From Rhizophagus irregularis (Eukaryota): a DNA stretch of 64,000 nt. The stretch covers positions 1,488,001-1,552,000 of the forward strand of contig NC_089433.1 of assembly GCF_026210795.1 (NCBI RefSeq), in the 5' to 3' direction. Every line of letters begins with the position of its first letter. Positions within the stretch are counted from its first letter, which is position 1. Positions 1 through 11,800 of this stretch are shown here, piece by piece. The notes beneath the pieces are model-generated. The model was not told where the DNA came from. It saw nothing but the letters and a program-made list of their open reading frames with translations, and made no database searches. The position numbers were made by a program, and so were the translations under genes.

Positions 1-239
1 ATTACCAATTCTTAACTACATTTTTCAGTTTTTTTACTATACAAAAAAATTGTATATACATTATAAAATATATATTTTTATAAAAAATTATATTGTAATA
101 TTGAATTAAATTTTAAAAAATATTTTATTAAGTAATATTAAATAAAAAACTAATCTTAAATAATTAAATTTTAAACAAAATACATTTAAAAATATAAATT
201 TACTTGTAATTCAATGTAATACGCACAATTATAAAAAAT

Positions 240-920
240 TAATAACTCCACAAATATTAACTGTACTTTCATTAAAATAAATATTCAAGTAGATTCTAAG
301 CTGCTGAACAATTTTCAATTAATAAAAGAAGTCAATTTACTTTGGCTAAAATGCTCAAAATACGCTCTGAAGTGACAAAACAGAAAAAAATAAAATTCGT
401 AAATGAGTACCGTTGTGAAAATTATGAATAACTCATCAAGTATTAACTGTACTTTTATGAAAATTAATATTCAAGTAAAATTTGACATGCTAAACAACTT
501 TCAATTAATATAAGAAGTTGTTTTACTTTGGATAAAGTGCTCAAAATACGCTCTGAAGTGACAAAACAAAAAAAAATAAAATTCATAAATGAGTACTGTT
601 GTGAAAATTGTGAATAACTCATCATGTATTAGCTGTACCTTCATGAAAATTAATATTTTTAAGTAGATTTTAACCTGCTGAACAACTTACAATTAATATA
701 AGAAGTTGATTTACTTTAGCTAAAGATCTCAAAATACGCTCTGAAGGTAAAAAAATTTGTAACTTAATACTACTGTATTATATAAAAAATGTAAATAATT
801 CCAAAAATATTAAGTGTACTTTTATGAAGATTAATATCTTAACAGTTTTAAACTTACTGAACTACTTTTAATTAAAAGAATAAGATTTACTTTAGCCAAA
901 ATGCTCAAACCATACTTTGA
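240..920. repeat. Degenerate tandem array, ~185-bp unit, ~4 copies
   Basis: CTCAAAATACGCTCTGAAG recurs at ~355, ~540, ~728 and degenerately at ~904; TATTAACTGTACTTT recurs with the same period. Confidence 0.85.
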
Positions 921-1000
921 AATATGTGTAAAAAAAATATAATATTTGTTTATATTTTAAATTATGAGTTATTTAATTTAAATGTGTTTATATTTAAGAA

Positions 1001-1293
1001 GAACCCCGGATATCTCCAAAACAGGTCATAAGTCACACTTTCGGCAGATTGGCCCATTTTTCGGGCTTTAAAAATCGTTTTTTGTAAATATCTCGGCATC
1101 CAGTGGTCCAATTTTGATGAACTATTTTTTAAATTGTAGAGCTAAATGAGGGCTACAAAATAAAAAAAAGTTCATTAAAATTGAATTACTGGATGCTGAG
1201 ATATTTACAAAAAACAATTTTTTGAGTTTCAGCAAAAAGGGGTGTTTTTGGCCAAAAGTCCATTATGACCTTTATATTAGATATCCGGGGTCC
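1001..1293. mobile_element. Mutator (MULE)-type foldback MITE
   Basis: Ends GAACCCCGGATATCT / AGATATCCGGGGTCC; largely palindromic body; exact 10-bp TSD TATTTAAGAA at 991-1000 and 1294-1303. Confidence 0.9.
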
Positions 1294-1455
1294 TATTTAA
1301 GAAAAAAAATATTTTAATTCTATTTTATAAAGTATTTAAAAAATATTTTAGTAAAGTTTTTTATAAAAAAATAATTATAACTGAAATAAAAAAAAAATCT
1401 AAGTTAATAAATAAATATTAAACCGTAATACATAATCACATGTTATATATTAAAA

Positions 1456-1650
1456 CTAGGAAACGGGAACCGTTGTAAGTCCGGAGCGAGGTATAATAAA
1501 TAAAGATGTAGCGATATTCTACTAATTAGCAGCATAACGCCTTGGAATTCCTGGACAGAGAAACTCACGTGATTGAAAATTTACACGTTATTTCCATAGA
1601 TCATCATAGTGCGTAGACATATATAGTCCTTCGCTTCGCTCCGGACAATC
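1456..1650 (-). mobile_element. Non-autonomous Helentron/HINE-like rolling-circle element
   Basis: Subterminal inverted repeats GTCCGGAGCGA (1479) / TCGCTCCGGAC (1636); minus-strand 3' end AACGG-TTC-CCGTT hairpin followed by TCCTAG; T-rich insertion context. Confidence 0.6.
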
Positions 1651-2129
1651 AGAAATTTTATATTAAAATTAAAAATCCTATTACAAATAGCCAAAAATTG
1701 GCAATTTCATGTTAAAAATCAGAAATATTATATTAAAATTGCCAAAAAATCAGACAGCCATATTAAAAAGAGCAAAAATCTGATTTTTATTTATTTGACC
1801 TGTGTATATCTGTAGAAAATATGTTATAAACGTATGAATTTTAATATACTGTAGAATAATACGTATACCGTATCCTTCATTTACAATATTTTTGTGAACT
1901 ATATACAAAATACTGATATACAGTAGAAATGGTATACGTTATAGACATATAAATTTAATATACCGTATCATACAGTATGTTTACTATATATTTTATTATA
2001 TTTTTTACTAAATACATATTGTGAACAGTATATATTATACTAATATGCCTTATGTAAAAATGCGAATTGTATCAAAAATATATATATACAGTGTAAAATC
2101 TATATACATATTTTTTATAGAGATAAGTA

Positions 2130-2265
2130 TATTTTTTTCCACAGGTTTTTTTCCACAAGTTTAATATACTTACGTAAGTACATTTTTTCCACAGTTTTAA
2201 TATACTCATGTAAGTACATTTTTTTCCACAGTTTTACCATAGTATATACCCTACATAAGTAGATT
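2130..2265 (+). repeat. Short tandem repeat, ~38-bp unit (TTTTTTCCACAG-TTTTAATATACTCAT-GTAAGTACA)
   Basis: 3-4 adjacent degenerate copies read directly. Confidence 0.75.
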
Positions 2266-2354
2266 TTTTTTATTAATAATTAGAAACTTTAATTTCTTTT
2301 CCCATTTAATAATATACTAATTAGAAATAATTTTTTTTTTTATAAATATTCTAA

Positions 2355-2534
2355 GGGAGCTTACACATATTATGTAATTATTATAGGGGGGGAGGGGGGT
2401 AGTTAAAATTTTACGTTACACTTATTTAAATCATATGATTTATAAATATTATAATTTGATGGTTATAAAATCTAACAGGGGGGGGGGGTAAGGTTTATAA
2501 TAAAATGAATATTACGTGATATGTGTAACTCCCC
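2355..2534. mobile_element. PIF/Harbinger (Tourist-like) MITE
   Basis: TIR GGGAGCTTACACATATTATGTAAT vs reverse complement of the end GGGGAGTTACACATATCACGTAAT; TAA on both flanks. Confidence 0.75.
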
Positions 2535-2570
2535 TAAAACAAAATAAAAATTATTTAAATAAAAATCTCA

Positions 2571-4460
2571 ATGTTTACCAAAAATAATAACAATAATACA
2601 GGAGAATTACCAAAATTTAAAATTAAACGAGTCAACAATAATGAAAATAACAATACTCTTCAAAAATTTTATAAAAAAAACAAAAGCAGTGCAGTTGTTG
2701 GATTACCAAAATTTAAAATTTCCAAAGATTTTGAAAGAAGTATAAAAAAATTGGATTTAGTACCACAATCAGAAGCTGAATTTCTAGTAAATCTTCTAGA
2801 AGCACTACAACCAGAAACATTAATTATGAAATTACTTCCATATTAGAAATAAGGTCTTGAGTGGATGTTATCAAATGAACATCCTAAAGAGCCAACTATT
2901 AATAAAGAAATTTAATTCTGAATTCAAAAGGAGGATCAATCAAAAAAACACACTACTATAATACAGTAGCAAGATTTGCAATAATAACACACCTTAATCT
3001 TAACAGAGGTGAAATACTCACTAATGATATGGGTCTTGGCAAAACGATACAAATGATTGCTTTGATAACTTCCAAATCTGCAATCAATTTAGATTTCACA
3101 TATTCTAAAACTACTCTAATTGTTACTCCTTTAAGTGTGCTTAAAAATTGGATTGACCAAATCAACATACATGTTAAGAAAGGGTCTCTTTCTTATTACG
3201 TTTTTCATGGTATTGATCGAAATAATGATCCAGAATTCTTTAAAGATCACGATATAATAATTACTACATATGCTATTTTTGCACAATCAGATATTAAAGA
3301 AAGGAGTGGATTACTCGCTATTAAATGGCTTCAAGTTATCTTAGATGAAGGACATATTATTTGTACAAAATCATTAAAACAAAGTATTGCTGCATGTAAT
3401 TTGAATGCTGAGAGAAGATAGATTCTCACAGAAACCCCAATTATAAACGAGTTAAATGATATGTATTTTTTAATTAAATTTTTAAGATTCACCCCATTTG
3501 ATAATTTTGAAACATGGAATACTATATTTAACAACAAACAATGAAATTTAAAAACAATAATAACAGTCATCTTAATGATTTAAGAAACTTATAAAAACCG
3601 TTTGTCTTCGTAAAATAAAGGACATGAAATTCAATGGACATCCTATAGTATGTCTTCTTCCCATTAATTTCTATACTCATAAAATTAAGTTTAAGATGAA
3701 CGAGAAAAAGATTTATGATAAAATGAAAAGTGATACAAAAGAACAATTTAAAAGTTGGAAAGAATCAAGAAATGGCGATTTAAAAAATAATTATGTAACA
3801 TTTCTTGAAATGCTTTTTAGACTAAAACAAATTTGTAATTACACACAACTTCTTTGTAAGAGACAAATAAATCAAATAAATGGAATTGATAACAAAAAAG
3901 AAATTAGAAATTTAAATAATTTTAAGATAAGTTCTAAAATTGAAGCTTTAGTGGAATTTTTAAATTAAAATAATAATGATAATAAATCAGTAGTCTTCAG
4001 CCAATAGACATCTTTTCTTGATTTGATTGAAATTGCTTTTAAAGATGCAAATGTCAAATTTGTTCGATTTAATGGCAAGATATTACGTAATCAGTGAGAG
4101 GAGGCAGTAAATAATTTTAACAATAATTCAGAAATAAAGATTCTTTTAATTAGTTTGAAATGTGGGTCTTTGGGATTGAATCTTACTGCAGCTAATCAAT
4201 GTTTTCTTATAGATCCTTGGTAAAATCCAAGTATTAAGAATCAAGCTATAGATCAAATTTATAGAATTGGTCAAGCTTGACCAGTTTCTGTCTTTAGAAT
4301 TTTTATTGAAAATACAATTGAAAATCGCATGTTTGAATTTTAAAAGAAAAAACGTGATTTGATATTTCAAGTTTTTGAAGAGCAGCAATCTAATGAGAGT
4401 TCGAATATTGATAAAGCTCAGTTGAAGAAAGATTTGCAAGTTTTATTAGGTGAAAGTTAA
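2571..4460 (+). pseudogene. SNF2-family helicase (Rad5/HLTF/Rad16-like) pseudogene, apparently intronless
   Basis: Motifs DMGLGKTIQ, TLIVTPLSVLKNW, VILDEGH, SSKIEAL, VVFSQ, GLNLTAAN, DPW*NP..QAIDQIYRIGQ; many in-frame stops. Confidence 0.9.
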
Positions 4461-4699
4461 ATTTTTAGTATATAGGATTGGGCACTAAACTAAAAAAAAT
4501 TGAAATTTATGTGGCATCGGCAGAATCAAATTCTGCTATATTTTTTTTAAATACTTAATAATTTCTTAATTAAAATATTTGATTGAAATTAATCCATTTT
4601 TTTAAAAAAACCAAATTAATAAAATTTATTAAAAAAATCAAATATTTATTTACAATTAATTAATTATATTAATGCAAAAAGCAGTCTATTCGATGATAT

Positions 4700-4989
4700 G
4701 TATAATATATAAGAAAAAATAAATATTGCACACATCGAATATTTGATGTATAAGATAAATCTTTAATATTTATCAGGGTCTGACAGGTATATTAGTGACT
4801 ATTAGAAGGGATATCAGAAGTTTGAAATTTATATTTTTGGAAGTATACGTTTATGGAAAAAATCAAGTATATAATATGTTACCAGGTTGGAAAACTATCT
4901 AATATGTATCATTGTATCCAATATGTGGAGTATTATAAAATATGAATCGTATACATATTAGGTACTGATAAATCTCTTTTTGACCAGTG
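4700..4989. mobile_element. Orphan right end of a CACTA-type element (TTTTTGACCAGTG)
   Basis: 4977-4989 matches the terminus of the MITE at 18171-18463; left end not found, start coordinate approximate. Confidence 0.45.
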
Positions 4990-5870
4990 TTAGTAACTGT
5001 TCGTAATATTAAAAAATATATATATATAAAAAATAAACCAAAATTCATACTTACAAATCTTGATTCTTCTTTTCCTGAAGGTCAGAAGCACACTCCACCC
5101 AATCCTAAAAAAAAGAAAAAAACGGTTATTAATAACCGTTCATAATATTTTTTTAAAAAAAATAAAAAAACGGTTATTAATAACCGTTCATAATATTTTT
5201 TTAAAAAAAATAAAAAAAAATCTAAGATTCTTATGAATCTTTGGTATTTTCCCATTTTTTAGAACACAGAAGCCTTACTGAACTTATAAAAAATAAAAGA
5301 AAAAGAATAGTTAATAACTGTTTATAATATTAAAAAATAAACAAAAAAAATAACCAAGTTTCGAATTTACAAAACTTAGTTTTTTCTATTCTTCGGAAGT
5401 CGTCTGAGAGCTGAACCTAAAAAAAAGTAAAAAAGAACGGTTAATATTAACCATTTATATTTTATTAAAAAAAGACAAAAAAAAAATTCAAAGAATTCAT
5501 ATTTACGAATCTTTGGGTTTCTATACTTCAAAAACCCACCTGAATGCCAAACCTAAAAAAAAATAAATAAAAAAAATGGTTAATATTAACTGTTCATATT
5601 TTATTAAAAAAAAATAAAAAAAAACCAAAGAATTTATACTTACGAATCTTTAGGGTTTTTATACTTCAGAAGCTCACCTGAGTGCTAAACCTAAAAAAAA
5701 AGTAAAAAAGAACAGTTAATATTAACCGTTCATATTTTATTAAAAAAAAAAAACTAAAAAATTTGTGCTTACGAATCTTTGGGATTTCTATACTTTAGAA
5801 GCCCACTTGAGTGCTGAAACTAAAAAAAAAAAGTAAAAAAGAATGGTTAATATTAACCGTTCATATTAAA
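4990..5870 (-). repeat. Tandem array, ~118-bp unit, ~7 copies
   Basis: Repeated CCTAAAAAAAA..GAACGGTTAATATTAACCGTTCATA..CTTACGAATCTTTGGG; exact local duplication at 5121-5210. Confidence 0.9.
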
Positions 5871-5874
5871 AAAA

Positions 5875-6030
5875 AAGGGATAAAAGAAAGTAAAAGGGGA
5901 AAGGAGAAGGAAGGGAAAAGGGAAGGAAGGGAAAGGAGAACAAAAAAAAGGAAAGGGAAAGAAGAGAAACAGAAACGAAGGGAAAATGGAACGAAGGAAG
6001 GGAAAGGGGAGGAAAAGGAAGAAATTAAAA
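5875..6030 (+). repeat. Purine-rich (GAAGG) low-complexity tract
   Basis: Almost only A/G. Confidence 0.85.
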
Positions 6031-6090
6031 AAGTTTAAAAAAGGATGCATAAGATAATCCTTTTATTTTTAAACTTTTAATACACGTAGC

Positions 6091-6342
6091 CAGTGTTGTA
6101 CATGGGACATGTCCCGCCAAAATTTTAATATCCCGTCCATGTCCCGTCCATGTCCCGTCCAAAAATTGTCCAAGTTTACAATTTGTCTTATCAAGACAGC
6201 ACCTAATGGGCTATAATTTATAATTAAGATCACGTGATTTTAATGTCCCAATGTCCCGAACATTGCTAAAATCCTTGGACGTGTCCTGAACTGTCCCGTC
6301 CCGTCCCGTCCATGGACATGTCCCGTCCCTATGACAACACTG
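6091..6342. mobile_element. hAT-family MITE
   Basis: TIR CAGTGTTGT/ACAACACTG; exact 8-bp TSD CACGTAGC (6083-6090, 6343-6350); GTCCC subterminal repeats. Confidence 0.92.
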
Positions 6343-7459
6343 CACGTAGCGCATAACATATAATAATCGTAACATTTAATTAACATAATTCAACAAGGTT
6401 GAATATATATCTAATCATAGATTATTACTAATTGAGATTGAATTTTTTTAATTTTAGTCGAATATAGGCCAAATTGTATTAAGACTGAATATTCCTTTTT
6501 TGACTAATGTTTTCAAATTGTTATTTTTCTTTATTTTTCTTAGAATATGAATATTTTATCCTTTTAGAATCTTTACTGATCAATAACATTATATCTTAAC
6601 AAGTTGTAATATATTTTCACTTTTTGCATTAACACGTTATTCTTTTATTTTTTTTTAATCTTCTTAATTTATGAATTATAATCTAAAGTAGCTTTCTATT
6701 TAGTAATCTTTAATTTGTTTTTCTTAGAAAATGAATATTCTATTACTTTTTTTAGAGTTTTTTTTGGTTAATAATACTATACTTTGATAAACTGTGATGC
6801 ATTCTTCTTCATTATATTCTTTTATAAGTTATACTAATATATTCTTAAATATTTTACTTAATTATAAACTATTTTGAAAATATTTTCTTCCATTTTTTTC
6901 TTTTCATTTTCTTTCAGCTTTAATTTCTTCAATTTTTAATTTAGTAATAACTGGTAATATTTGAAATTATAAGATGCCAATTGCCTTCTACTGGTTTTCC
7001 ACTATTCAAACTTATCAGTTTTAGACTGTATTTATCAGTTAAACATGTTTTTTATATGTTATTTTTTTTAAGGGTGTGTTCGTTAAATTTATCATGAAAA
7101 TTTTTTTTACTAATTGTAGCTGTATAATATTAATCAAAATTACAATATAAAATTAAGCCCAATTTTGATAGTTAGCCAATATGAATAAATGTATTTGTAA
7201 CAGCCTGTTATATATATTTTTATATGCAAAATTTAATTTGAAAAACTTTTATTTAATGTATTTAAGACAGTTTTATAAACAAAATTTTAAGTTATAAGCA
7301 GTTTCTTGAAATTTTTTAAAAAAATTAGTTACACAATTGATTTTTTGTTTTTATTTACATTATGCTAATCTTAAATTTTAATTGGATAAAATTAGGGATT
7401 ATTACAAATAAGACATATAATAGGCTATTAGCCTATTGCAATTAGATTTATTCTTAAAA

Positions 7460-8000
7460 AATTGTTTTTTAATATTTTTTCCTAATATTCTATTATACGG
7501 AATTGATTATAATAAATTTCATAAGTAAATTTTGAAACTATTATAAGGAATTGGTTATAATGAATCCCATAGGTAAGTTTCAAAAAATAAAATTTTAAAA
7601 CTTTTAAAAAAACATTTTTTTCCTAATATTCTATTATATCAGTTATAATGAATCCTATAGGTAAGTTTTGAAAAATAAATTTTCAAAACTATTAAAAAAA
7701 TGTTTTTAACATTTTTTTTCTAATATTCTATTATAGGGAATTGGTTTTAAAGTTAAATACCAAATTTTATAAACAAGTTTCAGAAATTTTTTTCAAAACT
7801 TATAAAAAAATGTTAATAAAAAATATTTTTTTTATTATTTTATTATAGGGAATCAACTCTGATGTATATACTGGAATTCTATAAGTAAGTTTTAACTTTC
7901 AAAACTTTTTTTTAAAAAAATTCATTTAATATTTTTTTATTTCTTTTATAGGGAATTGGCTCCAACTTGGATACCAGATCCCAGATAAAGTTTTGAAAGT
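7460..8000 (+). repeat. Degenerate tandem array (TATTATAG-GGAATTGG...ATAG-GTAAGTTTT), ~6 copies
   Basis: Recurring CCTAATATTCTATTATAGGGAATTGG and GTAAGTTTT. Confidence 0.8.
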
Positions 8001-8029
8001 ATAAGAAAAATATAATAGTATTAGTAGTA

Positions 8030-8149
8030 CAGTGAAACCTTTCTGAATGCACCTCCCTTAGGACCATAGTAAAAAAATAGTAGAATGTACACTTAGAGAG
8101 GGTGTGCATTTATGCACTTATAGAGGGTGTACTTATAGAAGTGTTACTA
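8030..8149. mobile_element. Small Tc1/pogo-like MITE
   Basis: TA|CAGTGAAACC start, degenerate TGTTACTA|TA end, TGCACTTATAGAGGG subterminal repeats. Confidence 0.55.
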
Positions 8150-8806
8150 TATTTCTGATTTTGTATTTTTAATAATTAATAATAAATTTAAACTATTAAA
8201 TGAAATTATTGTAATTTGTAAAATATCAAATAATTTTAAATAAAAATGTATACAATTGGAAGATTTCTTATTGTTATAAATTTATTAAAAAGTTATCAAA
8301 TAGTAAATACAGTCAAACTTCGATGTACCGATACTCTATATACCGATAATTGCTTTTACTGATAAATTTTTGTTATCCCGTTTCATCACTAATAAAAAAA
8401 CCTCATTATGCCGATATTATATATAATTTCACGATGTAACGTATACCGATACAACCTCCTGATCCCTTTATAGTAATGTATATTAAGATGTACTGATAAT
8501 TTTAGTTACACTAGTGTTAATTCCAGCCGGCACTACACTAGTCAAAAACCAGGCAAACATGGCATAGTAGCCTTTATCTTTATTAAATTTATTCGAACTT
8601 TACAATTTACAAAAATAAAAAGAAAAATATAAAAATAAAACTAACTAAAAACAAAGCTATATAGTCTCCTAAGAAAAAATAAAGTAAAAAATTAATCTAA
8701 AAAAAGAAAAATCGCAATACACTAAATTTCCCCAGATCTTCCCCCTTGATATATTTCAAACAAAGTAGAAGCAACTATGCTAACAAAATAACGAATAGCG
8801 CGCCCA

Positions 8807-11800
8807 CTATAAAAATCGACACTCCATCCTGCAAAAGCTGTTATTAAGTAGCACCGTTAGACGACCCATAAAACCCGAAAAGTGATTAAACTAAGGCAAA
8901 CCATATTTTATCGAGTTCTTCAACCAATCGGTTCCGGAGTCACGTGAATCGTGTAGGGTCGGAGGTGGTAAAGATGAGTAAGGTATGTACGTTGACAAAG
9001 GCAAATTAGAAGGCATCGGAGTAGTTTTCATCTTGTAAGTAATATTCATCGCGTTTTTCCATCTACTTTTATCATAAGAACGCGGATTCCAAATTCGTCG
9101 TCTGAATTTTTGAACAAAATTATTGTGAATAGCAGCGATAACCTTAATCGCAGAGTTCCTTGGGATGGATAAATCGACAAATAAGTCAATAAAGAGTTTA
9201 GGCAAACAACCACGGACAAGGGCATAGGAGGACCAATTAGTAGAAGAAAAGGACCAGCATGAAAGAGAGGTAAGTTTAGCGATAAGTGGAGTAGGGTCAA
9301 TATCAGGCCATGTTTCCAGCTTCCAGAAGTTTAGAAAGCAAATGATTTTGATAAGATTGAAGAATCTGTTGCATAGGGACACGACGATTTTTGCACATAA
9401 AAAGGTGCATCAGGTCTTCCATGCGGTCGATACAAGAACGGCAAGTTAATTCGTCCAGTATAAATCTGGTCGAGTCCGTTTCAGCTTTTCCAAAGTAGGC
9501 AAATCATCCAAGAAAAGTTTGAATTTAAAGGTTAAGTGTGCTTGATACGTAATAGGTAAAAGATGCGTCATGAGAGGGAACTTGAAATTTAGAGTAAACC
9601 AAGTAAGTTCCCAGTCAATAATATAATCTATATTAGATGTCAATAAAGAAGTGAAGTGAAAACGCGTTAAATTTAACAAATCACGCATTAACTGCGTTTG
9701 ATAATATAGTTTGAGAAGGTGTCGTGGATTAGATTCACAAACAACATCGTTATCATAGACTAAGACAAAATCATGAGCAGAGGCCAGGTCCATTCCGGAG
9801 ATCAAAATACTAGATGACGCGGTATGGGCAGTATTGGCCAAGGAATCAGCAAAATCGTTTAAATAATTGCAGGAGTGAGCTTTAACTTTAACAGGAAAAA
9901 CTGTCAGATTTTTGGAAAGGATGGTTCGCTCAATAATCGCCCAAAGTTCAAAATTTGTAGTTTTGTAGTACAGACGACTGTTTGAATAGACAAAAGAAGA
10001 ACAACTTCGAAGGTCATCAATGGCAGTTTGTGAGTCAGTATAAATAGTAACTTCTGAGTCGCGCGAAGAAATAGTTAAAACTGCATATATAGCAGCAGCC
10101 TCAGCTTGAGAAGAAGAGGGATTATCTCGTATAAGGCCGTGAGCATAAGTGGCGATGGAGTTAGGAAAACCTGCATCAGGGACTATTTGCATCCAAGACC
10201 AGCCCATAGAAACATCCGGAGTGCCTAAATTAATAAGAGACCCATCAGTGAAAAAGGTATAGCGCGAATCCGAGGAAACGACTAACGGGGAATTTGCAAA
10301 GACAGCAGCAGCCGAGGATTCAATTGTAACAGGAGTAGTAGAGACTATAGCGATATTTGCAGAAGAAGAATCGGAATCAAAATCCAATCTACTATAATAA
10401 AGACGGACACCATCTTCTATATCAGCCCAGGTAAAAGGTGAAGCCACTTCAGAAGTAGTACGTCTAATTCGTTCATTGGTAGTGGGCAAAATAAGCGAAT
10501 GTTGTAGAGAGACCGTAGGCGTACAAAGGGTTAAATCAGCATTCCGTTTTTTGGAAGGAGGCAAAGGAGTATGAGCAGCGCAACCAGGGCAAGGAGAGAG
10601 TCTAATAAGATCACCAGGCGAAGATTCACAATCAGGGGAAATCCAGTGAACAATAGAACAAGTACCACGACTTGTTTGGACCAAGAGTTGTTTGCCAAAG
10701 ATGGGAGAACCATAATCGTCCAACGTGACAATCCAATTTTTTGTAGTAGGAGGAGAGGATGAACAGGGAGCCAATTCATAAGATGAAGAGACAATCTTGG
10801 GCGTAATAATGAAATGATCCAGCAGACGATTGTTGGAATCAGAAATAGTGGTAACTTGTTGAATATCTTTGTACCAATAAGGGATACGGCCAGGGCCACG
10901 TCGTCCAACCAAATTGTCATAATATGCCTTCCAAGAAATTAAATGAGTTCCTTGAGGAGTAACAAGCTGAGATAAATAAAACAGTTGTCATTTCCGCAAA
11001 ATGGGGAAATAAGCTTTAAAGGCTTTAGGCGTCATGCATTCGAATAAAGGAACACATCCATCTGGCAGAGATAAATTCGGAAGCTTCGAAAGTTGAGTAT
11101 GAAGCAAACGAAAGGGAGTAGAAGTTAGAAGAGCAATAGTGCATGCGATATAATCTTTCTTAAAAGAAAATAAAGAAGACCATATAGACCAGTCCTTAAT
11201 TAATAAAGAAGAAATAGGAATCAAAAAATTATATTGAATTAAACACAATCTGTAAATAAAAAGAGATTGAATAATAGAAGAAGAAGAATTAGCCATTAAA
11301 AATAAATTAGTAATATGACATTGTCGTTGATGAGCGAACAAATTAATCAAGCCCAAAGCTTGGGACAAAAATAGAATGGGGTTGGGTAAAGAACGAGAAA
11401 AGTTCGCTTTGTGCTTTACAACAGATCGTATACTTCTCGTTATTAGGTGGCATTCAGGTTCAGACAAGTGGGTAACTTGCATCCGATATTCAAGTTTTGG
11501 TACAAGAACAGCATTATATAAATACATGACTTGTTTAGAAGAGAGCTTTGCGGGTCGGATGGTCGCAGCAAAGGAGCAGCATTCACGTTTGAGTTGCTTC
11601 TTGACAAAATCACGGGAGCTCTTAATGTTAAACCAAACACCTAAAAAACGAAAAGAAGTTGTCATGGAAATTGGGGTAATAGTAATGGAAGGAACACTAT
11701 TTAAAGAGGATAAATCCAAATTAAAAGTGATAGGGGATAAAGTGGAATTCGGAGTCAAAGGCAACGAATTAGTGATTAACACATATTTGTTATGATTGGC

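Noticed and set aside
4990..5870. CRISPR array
   Set aside because: Eukaryotic context, whole units are homologous with no unique spacers, no cas genes
5811..6050. Lys/Glu-rich and Phe/Pro-rich ORFs
   Set aside because: Translation of a purine low-complexity tract
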